This document shows, piece after piece, positions 27,258-37,117 of a DNA stretch of 64,000 nt. This DNA comes from a virus (lineage: Duplodnaviria > Caudoviricetes), in the IMG/VR virus record IMGVR_UViG_3300017913_001781, positions 58,951-122,950 of that record. One strand, 5' to 3'. The position numbers and the translations under genes are program-made. Each line of letters starts with the position of its first letter. Within the stretch, counting starts at the first letter, position 1. The notes under the pieces are model-generated. The model saw only the letters and a program-made list of their open reading frames with translations, was not told the DNA's origin and searched no databases.

Positions 27258-28684
27258 TGCTACTTGATATTGAACAAAGAGAAAATGAGCTTATTGTAAG
27301 CTACTATAATCGAGAAGGTAAAGTTGATTTCAAGAGATATCCTATTTCTCAATTTGAGAATTGGGTTGTCACAGATGAAAAAGATCGCTACAAGCATCCA
27401 CAGATCCTAAATTGGGATGGTCGACCTGTTAAAAAGAATCGTTCACGTTCTTATAATAAGTTTTCACTGATCTACTTTATGGATAATCTTCCAGAAAAGG
27501 ATCGAGAAGAAATCTTTGAGTTTAATGTACCTCGTACTTATTATGTAGATATTGAGACTGAGATTGTAGATGGTTTTCCTAAACCAGAGGAAGCTAAATC
27601 TAGGATCCTCACGTTCTCTATAATCACACCCGAAAGAAAGGCTATTGTACTAGGTCTAGAAGATCTTTCGGCTGAACAGATTGCTTCTATTGAGAAGGAC
27701 ACTAACGATCACTTTGAAGGTTATGATCAAGATTGGGAGTTTAGCTATTATAAGTTTAAGAATGAGTACGAGATGCTCTATAACTTCTTGCATAAGTTCT
27801 TGCCTAAGTTTCCTATGATGACAGGCTGGAACTTCATCAACTATGACTGGCAATATATCGTTAATCGATGTAAGCATTTGCAAATCGATTTGACTGAAGT
27901 AGCTATCACCGGTTCGCTTGATCGTAATGATAGTCGACCACTTCATATGGGTATTCTAGACTATATGCAATTATACGATAAGTATGATCGCTCGGTTAAA
28001 GTAAAAGAGTCTAATACACTTGATTATGTTTCTGGTCAAGTTCTTAATGTTAAGAAGATTAAGTATCAGGGTGGTCTACAAGATCTATACGAGAATGACT
28101 TTAAGAAATATGTTTTCTATAACGTAGTTGACTCTATTCTTGTTTATTATATTGATGAGAAGCTAAAAAGCATGGAGGTCTTGTTAACGCTTGCTACTAT
28201 TACAAAAATGCCTCTTTATAAAGCAGCTTCTCCTGTGGCTATGACAGAAGCTTTGATTGCTCGTAAATTGGTTGAGCAAAATAAACGAGTTGGCGTTGAA
28301 TACGATAAAGCAGATAGTCAAAAAGACGGTAAGTATGCTGGCGCATTTGTTAAAGAGCCTATTTCTGGTTATTATAGCGGAGTTAGTGCTTTTGACTTCG
28401 CCTCACTGTATCCCTCTATTATGAGACAGTTTAATATTTCACCTGACTCATATGTCGAAATGATACCTACTACACAGATAAATAGTCGTCGAAAGGATGA
28501 AAGTGTCATTGTGTGCGAAAACGGAGTTGTTTATGAAAAAGAAGACTCAATTCTGAAGAAGATTCTCTCTGATCTTTATGCTCAACGTAAACAATATAAG
28601 AAAACTTCGTACGATTATTATGAAAAGGCAAGAGAGCTGAAAAAAAAATTAAATGAGAAAAAAGTCGGAGAGTCAGCTGCCTAA
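27257..28684 (+). CDS. DNA polymerase family B, N-terminal subunit (3'-5' exonuclease and palm motif A), split gp43A
   Basis: ExoI DIETE, ExoII GWNFINYDW, ExoIII YNVVD, YAGAFVKEP and motif A FDFASLYPS. It ends after the first fingers helix. Confidence 0.9.
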   Translation: MLLDIEQRENELIVSYYNREGKVDFKRYPISQFENWVVTDEKDRYKHPQILNWDGRPVKKNRSRSYNKFSLIYFMDNLPEKDREEIFEFNVPRTYYVDIETEIVDGFPKPEEAKSRILTFSIITPERKAIVLGLEDLSAEQIASIEKDTNDHFEGYDQDWEFSYYKFKNEYEMLYNFLHKFLPKFPMMTGWNFINYDWQYIVNRCKHLQIDLTEVAITGSLDRNDSRPLHMGILDYMQLYDKYDRSVKVKESNTLDYVSGQVLNVKKIKYQGGLQDLYENDFKKYVFYNVVDSILVYYIDEKLKSMEVLLTLATITKMPLYKAASPVAMTEALIARKLVEQNKRVGVEYDKADSQKDGKYAGAFVKEPISGYYSGVSAFDFASLYPSIMRQFNISPDSYVEMIPTTQINSRRKDESVIVCENGVVYEKEDSILKKILSDLYAQRKQYKKTSYDYYEKARELKKKLNEKKVGESAA

Positions 28685-28718
28685 AATATATAAAACACTT
28701 ACTAAAATACATCTAAAT

Positions 28719-28745
28719 GGGCCGATCTCACGATAGGCCTTTTTT
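28719..28745 (+). terminator. Rho-independent terminator
   Basis: GGGCCGATC-TCAC-GATAGGCCT followed by TTTTT. Confidence 0.65.
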
Positions 28746-28775
28746 AGACTTCTAGGATAAAAAAATACAAACAAT

Positions 28776-29774
28776 ATGTCATTATTTAAAGATAGAATAG
28801 AATACAAACCATTTGAATACCCGGTCTATTATACAGAAGGCTGGTTAAAGCAAGCTCAAGCTTTCTGGCTTCACACAGAGATCTCTATGCAAGGAGATGT
28901 AAAAGACTGGAACGAAAACTTAATGCCACATGAGAAAAATCTTGTAGGTAATATTCTTTTGGGTTTTGCTCAAACCGAATGTGCCGTATCTGATTATTGG
29001 ACGACTATGGTTACGCAATGGTTTCCTAAGCATGAGATTAAGCAAATGGCTATGATGTTCGGTTCACAAGAGACTATTCATGCAACAGCATATTCATATC
29101 TAAATGAAACATTGGGATTAGAGGATTTCTCTGGTTTCTTGCACGAACCGGCAACCGCTAATAAATTTGAGATGCTGACCAGCACTGAGGCTGATTGGAC
29201 TCATGAGGATTTGGCTAAAGATGCCAGAGCAAGAAAGGATGTTGCTAGATCATTGGCTATTTTTTCAGCTTTTGCCGAAGGCGTTTCGCTTTATTCTTCG
29301 TTTGCGGTTCTTTACTCATTCCAAATGAGAAACCTTTTGAAGGGCATTGGTCAACAGATGAAGTGGTCAGTTCGCGATGAGTCATTGCACTCTAAGATGG
29401 GTTGCCAACTTTTCCGCCACATGTGTGAAGAATATGAGGAGCTAAAGGAGTTAGTTAGACCAGAGGTTGAACACGCTGCTGAATTAATGGTTCAAATGGA
29501 ACATAAGTTTATTGATAAGATGTTTGAGATGGGTGATCTAGACAATATGAAGGCTGCTGATCTTAAAAACTTTATTCTTAAAAGAGCTAATGAAAAGTTG
29601 GTCGAATTGGGTTACGAGCCTAAAATGCAATATGATGAAAAATCAGCATCTGAACTTGATTGGTTTTATCATTTAACCGGAGGACATACTCACACCGATT
29701 TCTTTGCTGTTAGACCAACTGATTATTCTAAAGCAGGTGAAGATGAAAATTGGGACGAAGATGATATATTCTAA
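28776..29774 (+). CDS. nrdB: Ribonucleotide reductase class Ia beta subunit
   Basis: ETIHATAY (radical Tyr), EGVSLYSSF, RDESLH and DFFAVRPTDYSK. Confidence 0.95.
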   Translation: MSLFKDRIEYKPFEYPVYYTEGWLKQAQAFWLHTEISMQGDVKDWNENLMPHEKNLVGNILLGFAQTECAVSDYWTTMVTQWFPKHEIKQMAMMFGSQETIHATAYSYLNETLGLEDFSGFLHEPATANKFEMLTSTEADWTHEDLAKDARARKDVARSLAIFSAFAEGVSLYSSFAVLYSFQMRNLLKGIGQQMKWSVRDESLHSKMGCQLFRHMCEEYEELKELVRPEVEHAAELMVQMEHKFIDKMFEMGDLDNMKAADLKNFILKRANEKLVELGYEPKMQYDEKSASELDWFYHLTGGHTHTDFFAVRPTDYSKAGEDENWDEDDIF

Positions 29775-29799
29775 ACAATTAACAGTTTAACACATATAA
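29772..29799 (+). promoter_or_regulatory. Middle-type promoter TAAAC-N18-TATAA (nrdA)
   Basis: Motif and spacing match. Confidence 0.5.
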
Positions 29800-29819
29800 A
29801 AGCTTATAGAATAAATTAA

Positions 29820-31643
29820 ATGGAAGAAGAAACAATTAATCACGGACAAGAATTGGGTTGGGAATTAGGTGTAGACTTTCCAACTTGGGGAAATACAGAG
29901 ATTTATGTTAAAACAATTAGCAGAGGTTATCTTTTAAGCGGAGAAACACCTAAAGACGCCTACTGGAGAGTAGCAACTGCAATTGCAAAAAGATTACGTA
30001 AGCCAGAATTGGCTTCTAAGTTTTTTGATTATATTTGGAAAGGCTGGCTAAATTTGGCTTCTCCAGTTCTTTCGAATACGGGAACTGAAAGAGGTTTGCC
30101 TATTTCATGCTTTGGTATTGATGTAGCCGACTCAATTCATGATATCGGTAATAAGAATCTTGAAATGATGCTTTTAGCTAAGCATGGCGGTGGTGTTGGC
30201 ATTGGCGTAAATCAAATCAGACCAGCTGGAGCGACTATTTCTCAAAATGGCACTTCAGATGGTGTTGTACCTTTTTGTAAGATTTATGATTCCGCTATTT
30301 TGGCCACAAACCAAGGTTCAGTTCGTCGCGGAGCAGCTTCTGTTAATATCGATATAGAACATGATGATTTTTGGGAATGGCTAGAAATTAGAGAGCCTAA
30401 AGGAGATGTTAATCGACAATGCTTGAATATGCACCAATGTGTTGTGGTTTCTGATGGATTTATGCAACGTATTGAAGCCGGTGAGAAAGAGGCTAGAAAA
30501 CGTTGGGCTGCAGTTCTTCGCAAGCGTAGAGCAACTGGAGAACCATATATCATGTTTAAAGGAAATGTAAATAACGTTAACCCAGACGCGTATAAAAAGA
30601 ATGGACTCAAGGTCTATATGACTAATATCTGTTCGGAGATTACTCTTCATACGGATGAGTCTCATTCTTTTGTCTGCTGTTTGAGCTCTGTTAATTTAGC
30701 TAAATATAACGAATGGAAAGACACTGATCTAATTTACACGGCAACGTGGTTCTTAGATGGTGTTCTTGAAGAGTTTATTACTAAGGCTAAATATATGAGA
30801 GGCTTTGAAAATGCAGTTAGATCTGCAGAGAAAGGTCGAGCAATTGGTCTTGGAGTTCTTGGATGGCATACATATCTACAAGACAATAATATTCCCTTTG
30901 AAGGTCTAATGTCGCAGTTTGAGACTAGAAAGATTTTTAGCCAGATCAAGACAGAATCTGAAAAGGCAAGTAGAGATCTAGCTCACGAGTATGGCGAACC
31001 ACTTTGGTGTGTTGGTACGGGTATGAGAAACTCACACTTAAGAGCAGTTGCTCCAACGGTTTCCAACTCTAAGCTTAGTGGTAACGTTTCGCCAGGCATT
31101 GAACCATGGGCGGCAAATGTATTTACAGAACAAACGGCTAAGGGTACTTTCATCAGAAAGAATAAGTCTTTGGAACGTGCGCTAGATCACCTAGGTAAAA
31201 ATGATAAAGAAACATGGGATCAAATTCTAATTGATGGTGGATCAGTTCAAGGTCTTAATTGGATCAAGGATTATTATGTGCATGCAGGTGAATCGCATGA
31301 TTCTGAATGGGGATTACCGATTCACTCTGATAAATTGAAGGAAGCTCCACAAGCAACGGCAGATAACTTTATTCCAATGGCTGATGTTTATAAGACGTTT
31401 AAAGAGATAAATCAACTTGAATTAGTTAAGCAAGCTGGCGTCAGACAACAATATGTTGATCAATCAGTTTCACTAAACTTAGCATTTCCAAAAGAAGCAA
31501 GTCCTAAGTTTATTAACCAAGTTCACTTAGAAGCCTATAATCAAGGCATTAAGACTCTATATTACATGAGAACGGAAAGTGTATTAAGAGGAGATATCGC
31601 CACTGCAGCAACAGACCCGGATTGTCTAAGCTGTGATGGCTAA
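29820..31643 (+). CDS. nrdA: Ribonucleotide reductase class Ia alpha subunit (no ATP cone)
   Basis: ASPVLSN, PISCF, TNICSEI, VCCLSS, APTVSNS, KTLYY and C-terminal CLSCDG. Confidence 0.95.
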   Translation: MEEETINHGQELGWELGVDFPTWGNTEIYVKTISRGYLLSGETPKDAYWRVATAIAKRLRKPELASKFFDYIWKGWLNLASPVLSNTGTERGLPISCFGIDVADSIHDIGNKNLEMMLLAKHGGGVGIGVNQIRPAGATISQNGTSDGVVPFCKIYDSAILATNQGSVRRGAASVNIDIEHDDFWEWLEIREPKGDVNRQCLNMHQCVVVSDGFMQRIEAGEKEARKRWAAVLRKRRATGEPYIMFKGNVNNVNPDAYKKNGLKVYMTNICSEITLHTDESHSFVCCLSSVNLAKYNEWKDTDLIYTATWFLDGVLEEFITKAKYMRGFENAVRSAEKGRAIGLGVLGWHTYLQDNNIPFEGLMSQFETRKIFSQIKTESEKASRDLAHEYGEPLWCVGTGMRNSHLRAVAPTVSNSKLSGNVSPGIEPWAANVFTEQTAKGTFIRKNKSLERALDHLGKNDKETWDQILIDGGSVQGLNWIKDYYVHAGESHDSEWGLPIHSDKLKEAPQATADNFIPMADVYKTFKEINQLELVKQAGVRQQYVDQSVSLNLAFPKEASPKFINQVHLEAYNQGIKTLYYMRTESVLRGDIATAATDPDCLSCDG

Positions 31644-31694
31644 CGAAGTCGAGGTTTGAAGACCTCTTCTTAGGACCGGGATAGTTCTCGGACA

Positions 31695-31732
31695 GAGGCC
31701 AGGAGTTCGCTACTTCCTGGCCTCATTTTTTT
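31695..31732 (+). terminator. Rho-independent terminator (last of three tandem hairpins)
   Basis: GAGGCCAGGA-GTTCGCTACT-TCCTGGCCTC followed by ATTTTTTT. Confidence 0.85.
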
Positions 31733-31737
31733 AAAAG

Positions 31738-31745
31738 GATATATA
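31738..31745 (+). promoter_or_regulatory. Late promoter GATATATA (holin-like gene)
   Basis: Recurrent octamer, just after a terminator. Confidence 0.7.
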
Positions 31746-31788
31746 GAAATGGATCCAATGTCGGATTTACTAAAAAATTATTAAAGAT

Positions 31789-32016
31789 ATGTTTTTAACT
31801 AAAGAACAAATTTTCGGTCTAATTAGACATGGCTTAACTGCGCTTGGCGGTGCTTTAGTCGCAAAGGGCGTTATTGATGAAGCTGGTCTAACTGAAGCTG
31901 TAGGTGCATTGGTTACTTTAATCGGTGTTGTTTGGTCAGCTGCTGACAAAAAAGGTCAGCCACAGGTGGAAGGAGCTGAAGCTGCTACTACTAAAGAGGA
32001 GGTCGGAAAGGAATAA
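31789..32016 (+). CDS. Small two-TM membrane protein, putative holin
   Basis: KEQIFGLIRHGLTALGGALVAKG...GALVTLIGVVWS, with its own late motif at 31738. Confidence 0.6.
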   Translation: MFLTKEQIFGLIRHGLTALGGALVAKGVIDEAGLTEAVGALVTLIGVVWSAADKKGQPQVEGAEAATTKEEVGKE

Positions 32017-32038
32017 TTTAATTAATTCCACAGGAATA

Positions 32039-32069
32039 AAGAGAGGCACTAACGTGCCCCTCTTTTTTT
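32039..32069 (+). terminator. Rho-independent terminator
   Basis: AAGAGAGGCAC-TAAC-GTGCCCCTCTT plus T tract. Confidence 0.8.
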
Positions 32070-32070
32070 A

Positions 32071-32099
32071 TGAAACAAAGCGTAGTTTTTAAGGTAAAA
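32071..32099 (+). promoter_or_regulatory. Middle-type promoter TGAAAC-N18-TAAAA (clamp/polymerase C-subunit)
   Basis: Motif and spacing match, immediately after a terminator. Confidence 0.55.
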
Positions 32100-32117
32100 A
32101 GAATAAATTAATTCAAC

Positions 32118-32867
32118 ATGAAACTAGTAGTTAATCGTATTGACCAACACGCGCTTTCCTCATTTATTAATCGAGTTAAGCTTATTGATTCTTTCATTTA
32201 TATGAAAATGGATCAAAATCGTACAACGTCTGCAGTCTATCTTCCACAGCGAGACGCAGTTAAGTATCACTCAGTTGAGACAAATCATTTGTTTCAAATT
32301 GATGAAGCATCTTGGACTCAAGGTGATAAAGAAATGAAGATTGCGTTCTTCGATGGAGGTAAAGTCATTGAAGCCATTAAGCACTTTGAAAGTGATGCTA
32401 TTCAAGGTGAAATTGAGTTTGTAGAAAATGAAGAAGACTTTGTAGCTTCTACCTTCCGCATTTTTAACGATGAACTCGAGATTACTCTTGCATGTTCTGA
32501 GCCTTCTCTTGGTTACAAAGATCTAACCAAAGATCAAATCTCTGCCATCTTTAGTAAAGACGGAAGTAAGTTTAACTTTGAACTCGACACTCACATGATC
32601 GGTAAAGTAAAAAATCTGTTTGGCCTTGATAAAGATGAGACATTCTCTATTAATGCAAACGGTAGTGGAGTTAATGTTAAGGGTAAGACATTTAGTGTTG
32701 TTATCAACCCGGAATCAACGGGTAATGGCGACGTAACGGTTTACAAAAAGTATTTGTCCCTACTTGACAAAGAAGAACAAAATGTTTATGTGTCTGATTC
32801 AAAGGTAGTGTTCTCGTCTAACGAGTCTGAAACACTGCTAACAATCTCTACTTGTCAGACTGCATAA
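32118..32867 (+). CDS. Sliding clamp (T4 gp45-like)
   Basis: 249-aa alpha/beta protein of clamp size, directly upstream of the polymerase C-terminal subunit. Confidence 0.65.
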   Translation: MKLVVNRIDQHALSSFINRVKLIDSFIYMKMDQNRTTSAVYLPQRDAVKYHSVETNHLFQIDEASWTQGDKEMKIAFFDGGKVIEAIKHFESDAIQGEIEFVENEEDFVASTFRIFNDELEITLACSEPSLGYKDLTKDQISAIFSKDGSKFNFELDTHMIGKVKNLFGLDKDETFSINANGSGVNVKGKTFSVVINPESTGNGDVTVYKKYLSLLDKEEQNVYVSDSKVVFSSNESETLLTISTCQTA

Positions 32868-32868
32868 T

Positions 32869-34074
32869 ATGAATGTAGAACTACTAGAAGAAAAAGCGAT
32901 TGAAGAGCTTTCTCCTGATGAGGGGAAAGCTCTCGTCGCACATTATGAGCAGCTAGCTGCTAAATATACGGCATATGAACAGGCTGTAAAACTTTCTTTG
33001 AATAGTATTTATGGAGCATTTGGTAATAAATGGTTTCACTTCTTTGATATTAATATCGCAGAATCCATTACTTTACAAGGTCAAAATGCAATTCTTTATT
33101 CTGAAACTATACTCAATAAGTATTTTCACGATTTCTTTTATAAAGATAAACCAGTACACGATCACTTAAACATAAGCGTTAGATATAAATTGGAAAGACC
33201 TTCAGTTATCTACATTGATACTGATTCGTGTTATGTCCAATTTGAAGAAATGTATAATTCAATTGATTGGCACGGAGATAAGCTTACAATTGATGAGTTT
33301 ATTTTAGAAATATATGATTTTAGACTTAGGGATTACATCGTTAAGTGTATGGAAAAATACGCTAAGCTAAGAAATACTGATAATTTTCTTGCATTTGAAT
33401 TAGAGACTATTGCTTACAATGGTATTTGGATGAGTAAGAAGAAGTACATTCAAAACATTGCATGGGACGATAAGCTTGAAACAACAGATCGACATCCTTC
33501 TCTTAAAAAGGTCAAAACAATCGGTTTTGATACTATTCAATCGTCAACTCCTAAGTTTGCTCGTGAAAAGTTGGTTGAAGCACTTAAGATTCTATTTAAG
33601 AAACAAGATAAGCCTTCGCCAGAAGATCTACAGGAGTTGGTTCAATTCATGAAAGAAACCAAAAAGCAATTTAAGCTTTGTAATGTCGATGATATTTCAT
33701 TCAATAAAAGAACTAACAATATTGACAAGTATATCGTTGATGATCAAATCGAGCTTCAGTTTGGCCTAAAGTGTCCGCCAAACGTAAAAGCTGCAGGTTA
33801 CTACAACTATTTGCTTAATCAAAATAAAAAGTACAAGAATAAGTATCGCTTGATTGGTAATGGTGAAAAACTTAAGATTTATCACTGTGCTGATACAGCA
33901 TTGAGCGATATGTTCTCATATTTACCGGGAGATTATCCTTATGAGTTTGCTCCACCTGTTGATTACGATGTGCAATTTGAAAAGTGCATGATTGATCCAC
34001 TTAATAGAGTACTTAAGGCTATTGGTCTTCAAAAATTGGACACTAACCTAATTTACGCAACAGCACTATTTTAA
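32869..34074 (+). CDS. DNA polymerase family B, C-terminal subunit (motifs B, C and thumb), split gp43B
   Basis: Motif B KLSLNSIYG, ITLQGQ, motif C YIDTDS, KKKY, SSTP and a C-terminal clamp-binding-like ALF. Confidence 0.92.
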   Translation: MNVELLEEKAIEELSPDEGKALVAHYEQLAAKYTAYEQAVKLSLNSIYGAFGNKWFHFFDINIAESITLQGQNAILYSETILNKYFHDFFYKDKPVHDHLNISVRYKLERPSVIYIDTDSCYVQFEEMYNSIDWHGDKLTIDEFILEIYDFRLRDYIVKCMEKYAKLRNTDNFLAFELETIAYNGIWMSKKKYIQNIAWDDKLETTDRHPSLKKVKTIGFDTIQSSTPKFAREKLVEALKILFKKQDKPSPEDLQELVQFMKETKKQFKLCNVDDISFNKRTNNIDKYIVDDQIELQFGLKCPPNVKAAGYYNYLLNQNKKYKNKYRLIGNGEKLKIYHCADTALSDMFSYLPGDYPYEFAPPVDYDVQFEKCMIDPLNRVLKAIGLQKLDTNLIYATALF

Positions 34075-34075
34075 T

Positions 34076-34243
34076 ATGGATTTACAAGAATTAGAACAAC
34101 TAGTACTCAAGTACCCAAACAACATGGAATTGGGCCAAGTCATTAGAATGATGTACTATGAGAAGAAGAAGGCTCTCGAAAGTCAAAATATGGTCAAGGG
34201 CCAATTAAACTTATTCAATGGATCTCAGCAAATTAACTCCTGA
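34076..34243 (+). CDS. Small hypothetical protein (55 aa, not in the track)
   Basis: MDLQELEQLVLKYPNNMELGQVIR..., fills the gap after the polymerase gene. Confidence 0.55.
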   Translation: MDLQELEQLVLKYPNNMELGQVIRMMYYEKKKALESQNMVKGQLNLFNGSQQINS

Positions 34244-34391
34244 TCAGGTTAAAATTATAACTAAATACAAGAGAATCCATGATGAATTGGGCTCTATTGA
34301 AAGGGATATAAAGAAACTAAACGAACGTTCTCGAGTATTAATAGAAGAACTACAACAATTAAGAGATTACGAACAGTCTCTAGAAAAATAA
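34218..34391 (+). CDS. Small coiled-coil hypothetical protein (57 aa, not in the track)
   Basis: MDLSKLTPDQVKIITKYKRIHDELGSIERDIKKL... Confidence 0.55.
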   Translation: MDLSKLTPDQVKIITKYKRIHDELGSIERDIKKLNERSRVLIEELQQLRDYEQSLEK

Positions 34392-34398
34392 TAAAAAT

Positions 34399-35511
34399 AT
34401 GGCAAAGAAAAAAGAATTTAGCTTCGATGATATTAACAGCGAACTAGCTAATCTAAATCCATTGGGCTCTGTTATGGAGCAATCTAATTTTAGTGAAGTT
34501 ACCGAATGGATTGACACTGGTAACTATCATTTAAATGCATGTATTTCAGGTTCTCTTTTTGGAGGATGGCCAAACAATAGATCTTGTTCAGTCGCTGGAC
34601 CCTCAGGAACTGGTAAAACATTCTTGGTTTTAAACTCAATTAAGCGAGCAATTGATATGGGTTATAGCATTATTTACTATGATTCTGAGGCTGCAGTTGA
34701 TAAGTCAACTATGACTAAGTTTGGTATTGATACGACTAAGGTTAACTATCAGCCTGTCAATACGGTTCAAGAATTTAGACAATCAGTTACGACTATTACT
34801 CGTCGTATGCAAGAGGCCAAAAGAGATGGAGCCGATATTCCAAAGGTTATGATTATTCTTGACTCGGCAGGTAACTTGGCAACTCAAAAAGAGATTGATG
34901 ACGCAGTGTCCGGTAATGAAAAGGCTGACATGACTCGGTCTAAGATTCTTAAGTCTATCTTTAGAATCATTATGACACCTATGGCTGACCTTAAGATTCC
35001 ATTTATTTTTACAAATCATACATACCAAACGCAAGACTTTATTTCACGCCAAGTCGCTGGCGGTGGAACTGGACCAGAATATGCAGCGTCTATTGTTCTA
35101 TTCTTGAATAAAGCACAGCTTAAAGACTCAAGTGGAGATAAAGCCGGTATTATTGTAACAGCAAAACCAAATAAGAATCGCTTTGCTAAGCCGCAAAACA
35201 TTAAGTTTCACTTACACTATACGGAAGGTATGAATCGCTTTGTTGGTCTTGAAAACTATATTGACTGGGAAGACATCGGCATCACTAAGGGCGTAATTGA
35301 AAAAGGAAAAAAGGTTCCTAAAAAGACAGCCCGAGGTTGGATTTGCAAGCATCTTGATGAGACGGTTCCTAATTCTGAGTTTTTCAGTGAAAAAGTATTT
35401 ACACAAGAGATTCTACAAAAGATTGATGAGAAAATTCACGATCTATTTAACTACAGTACAAATACTGAAATTGATGTAGATGAGTTAATCGAAGCCGAAG
35501 ATGCGAATTAA
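34399..35511 (+). CDS. uvsX: RecA-like recombinase UvsX
   Basis: DTGNYHLNA, Walker A GPSGTGKT, YYDSE, ILDSAGNL, TNHTY and GGGTGPEYAAS. Confidence 0.92.
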   Translation: MAKKKEFSFDDINSELANLNPLGSVMEQSNFSEVTEWIDTGNYHLNACISGSLFGGWPNNRSCSVAGPSGTGKTFLVLNSIKRAIDMGYSIIYYDSEAAVDKSTMTKFGIDTTKVNYQPVNTVQEFRQSVTTITRRMQEAKRDGADIPKVMIILDSAGNLATQKEIDDAVSGNEKADMTRSKILKSIFRIIMTPMADLKIPFIFTNHTYQTQDFISRQVAGGGTGPEYAASIVLFLNKAQLKDSSGDKAGIIVTAKPNKNRFAKPQNIKFHLHYTEGMNRFVGLENYIDWEDIGITKGVIEKGKKVPKKTARGWICKHLDETVPNSEFFSEKVFTQEILQKIDEKIHDLFNYSTNTEIDVDELIEAEDAN

Positions 35512-35800
35512 TGAGGATAAGCTGCCAATAAAGTACATCCTCGGTATAGAATCAACGCTCGAAGGTTATCCAACTGGACTAGATGTTTTGTATCACGAGG
35601 TGACTTTATGTCAAAGACACCCTGACAGATATAAAGGTAAGTTTACGCTTCATGCGTTAAACAAGTATCATTTCCCTGATACAACAAAGGAGCATCTCAA
35701 GACTTCTATTGAGGATCTCTTAAATGAAGGATTGATTGAACAAGTCAATCAAGAAGAAGGTAAGGAGTCATATAAAATACTAATAAATCCATTTGAATAA
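35501..35800 (+). CDS. Hypothetical (winged-helix-like) protein
   Basis: 99 aa with a C-terminal IEDLLNEGLIEQ...SYKI wHTH-like pattern. Confidence 0.5.
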   Translation: MRINEDKLPIKYILGIESTLEGYPTGLDVLYHEVTLCQRHPDRYKGKFTLHALNKYHFPDTTKEHLKTSIEDLLNEGLIEQVNQEEGKESYKILINPFE

Positions 35801-37116
35801 TGCAGTTCGGTCAAGACTTTGAAAAGACATTCTTTAGGCTTTCACTTGAAAAGCCTAAGTATTTGCAGTCTATTAAGACAGGATTCTACACGTCTGATGA
35901 GATTGATACGTTAAGTTATTTGGCCAATGCATTTTACGCTAAGTTTAACGAGACCCCAACGAAGGATCAACTTAAGCTTCTTATTCAAAGGTCAGATAAA
36001 GCTAGAGAAAAGGTAAGTGATGATATCTTAAACATGATATTTGATGTTGACCTTGATCAATACGATGAAGAATGGCTTTCAGGTACGGCAGAATCATGGA
36101 TTAAGTGGAGAAACTTTGACACATCTCTTATTGATACTATTGAGTTTATTAAGACAACTAAGGTAACTCCAGAGAATGCTGAGTCAATTATTACCAAAGT
36201 TAAGGGTCTTATCAATGATCGTAATAATCTTAACTTTAACTCTGACCTTGGTCTTGACTTCTTTGATGTAGAATCGCACTCGCAAAGAGAAGAAGAAAAG
36301 GTTTCTACTGGTTACAACTTCTTAGATAGAGTTTTAGGAGGTGGTTATGATAAAGGCGGAAATCTAATCGTTTATGCAGGTGAGCAAAACATTGGTAAGT
36401 CAATTTACTTGGCCAATGATGCAGCTAACTTTGTTAAGATGGGTACAAATACAGCTGTAATTACTGCCGAAATGGCAGCTCATAAGTTCGTCAAGCGTAT
36501 TGGCGCTAATCTACTTAGTGTACCTATCAATGACTATGCTGAGAAGGCCAAGAACTCTGAATACATTAAGAGAAGACTAGAAACTGTGGGTGATGGATTC
36601 ACTCCTCCTGGTCAACTATTTGTTAAGCAATTTCCAACTTCTCAAGCTACGGTTCTTGATATTGAAGCTTATCTAAATCAAATCGAGGAGGAGAGGCAAA
36701 TTAAGTTAGGCGCCGTAGTTATTGACTATATCAATATTTTGGCTAACTATAGAAACCAAAATACTGAAAACACATATATGAAAATTAAACAGATCGCAGA
36801 GGATTTGAGAGCTATGGGTATCAGAAACAATTGGCTTATAGTTACAGCTACTCAAATTACGCGATCTGGTTATAACGCATCTGATATTACCATGACAGAT
36901 ATCGCAGAATCAGCAGGCTTGTCACATACAGCAGACGTTATGTTAGGTATTATTCAAGATGACCTAATGAGAGCGAGCGAGGAATATTGGTTAAAGATCT
37001 TGAAGATTAGAGATGGAGAAGGTAAAGGCGTCAAATGTAAGTTGAATATTAACTACAACTATATGCGATTGACTGAGACCGATGATATAACAAACAGCAA
37101 TTTACACAGTATTTAA
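35800..37116 (+). CDS. Replicative DnaB-like helicase (T4 gp41)
   Basis: STGYNFLD..LGGG, GEQNIGKS, TAEMA, VIDYINI, TATQITR and AESAGL. Confidence 0.92.
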   Translation: MQFGQDFEKTFFRLSLEKPKYLQSIKTGFYTSDEIDTLSYLANAFYAKFNETPTKDQLKLLIQRSDKAREKVSDDILNMIFDVDLDQYDEEWLSGTAESWIKWRNFDTSLIDTIEFIKTTKVTPENAESIITKVKGLINDRNNLNFNSDLGLDFFDVESHSQREEEKVSTGYNFLDRVLGGGYDKGGNLIVYAGEQNIGKSIYLANDAANFVKMGTNTAVITAEMAAHKFVKRIGANLLSVPINDYAEKAKNSEYIKRRLETVGDGFTPPGQLFVKQFPTSQATVLDIEAYLNQIEEERQIKLGAVVIDYINILANYRNQNTENTYMKIKQIAEDLRAMGIRNNWLIVTATQITRSGYNASDITMTDIAESAGLSHTADVMLGIIQDDLMRASEEYWLKILKIRDGEGKGVKCKLNINYNYMRLTETDDITNSNLHSI

Positions 37117-37117
37117 A

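Noticed and set aside
28640-28684. A-run near the end of the polymerase N-half as a frameshift or sequencing error, or an intein/intron explaining the split
   Set aside because: The remainder of the polymerase is 4.2 kb downstream behind intact unrelated genes, and no intein termini or homing endonuclease are visible
28685-28692. AATATATA as a late promoter for nrdB
   Set aside because: It is followed within 30 nt by a terminator-like hairpin and precedes a non-structural gene, so it may be a chance match in AT-rich DNA
31695-31724. tRNA gene suggested by the GTTCG loop
   Set aside because: No cloverleaf with acceptor stem and anticodon arm can be built. It is kept only as a structured element/terminator.
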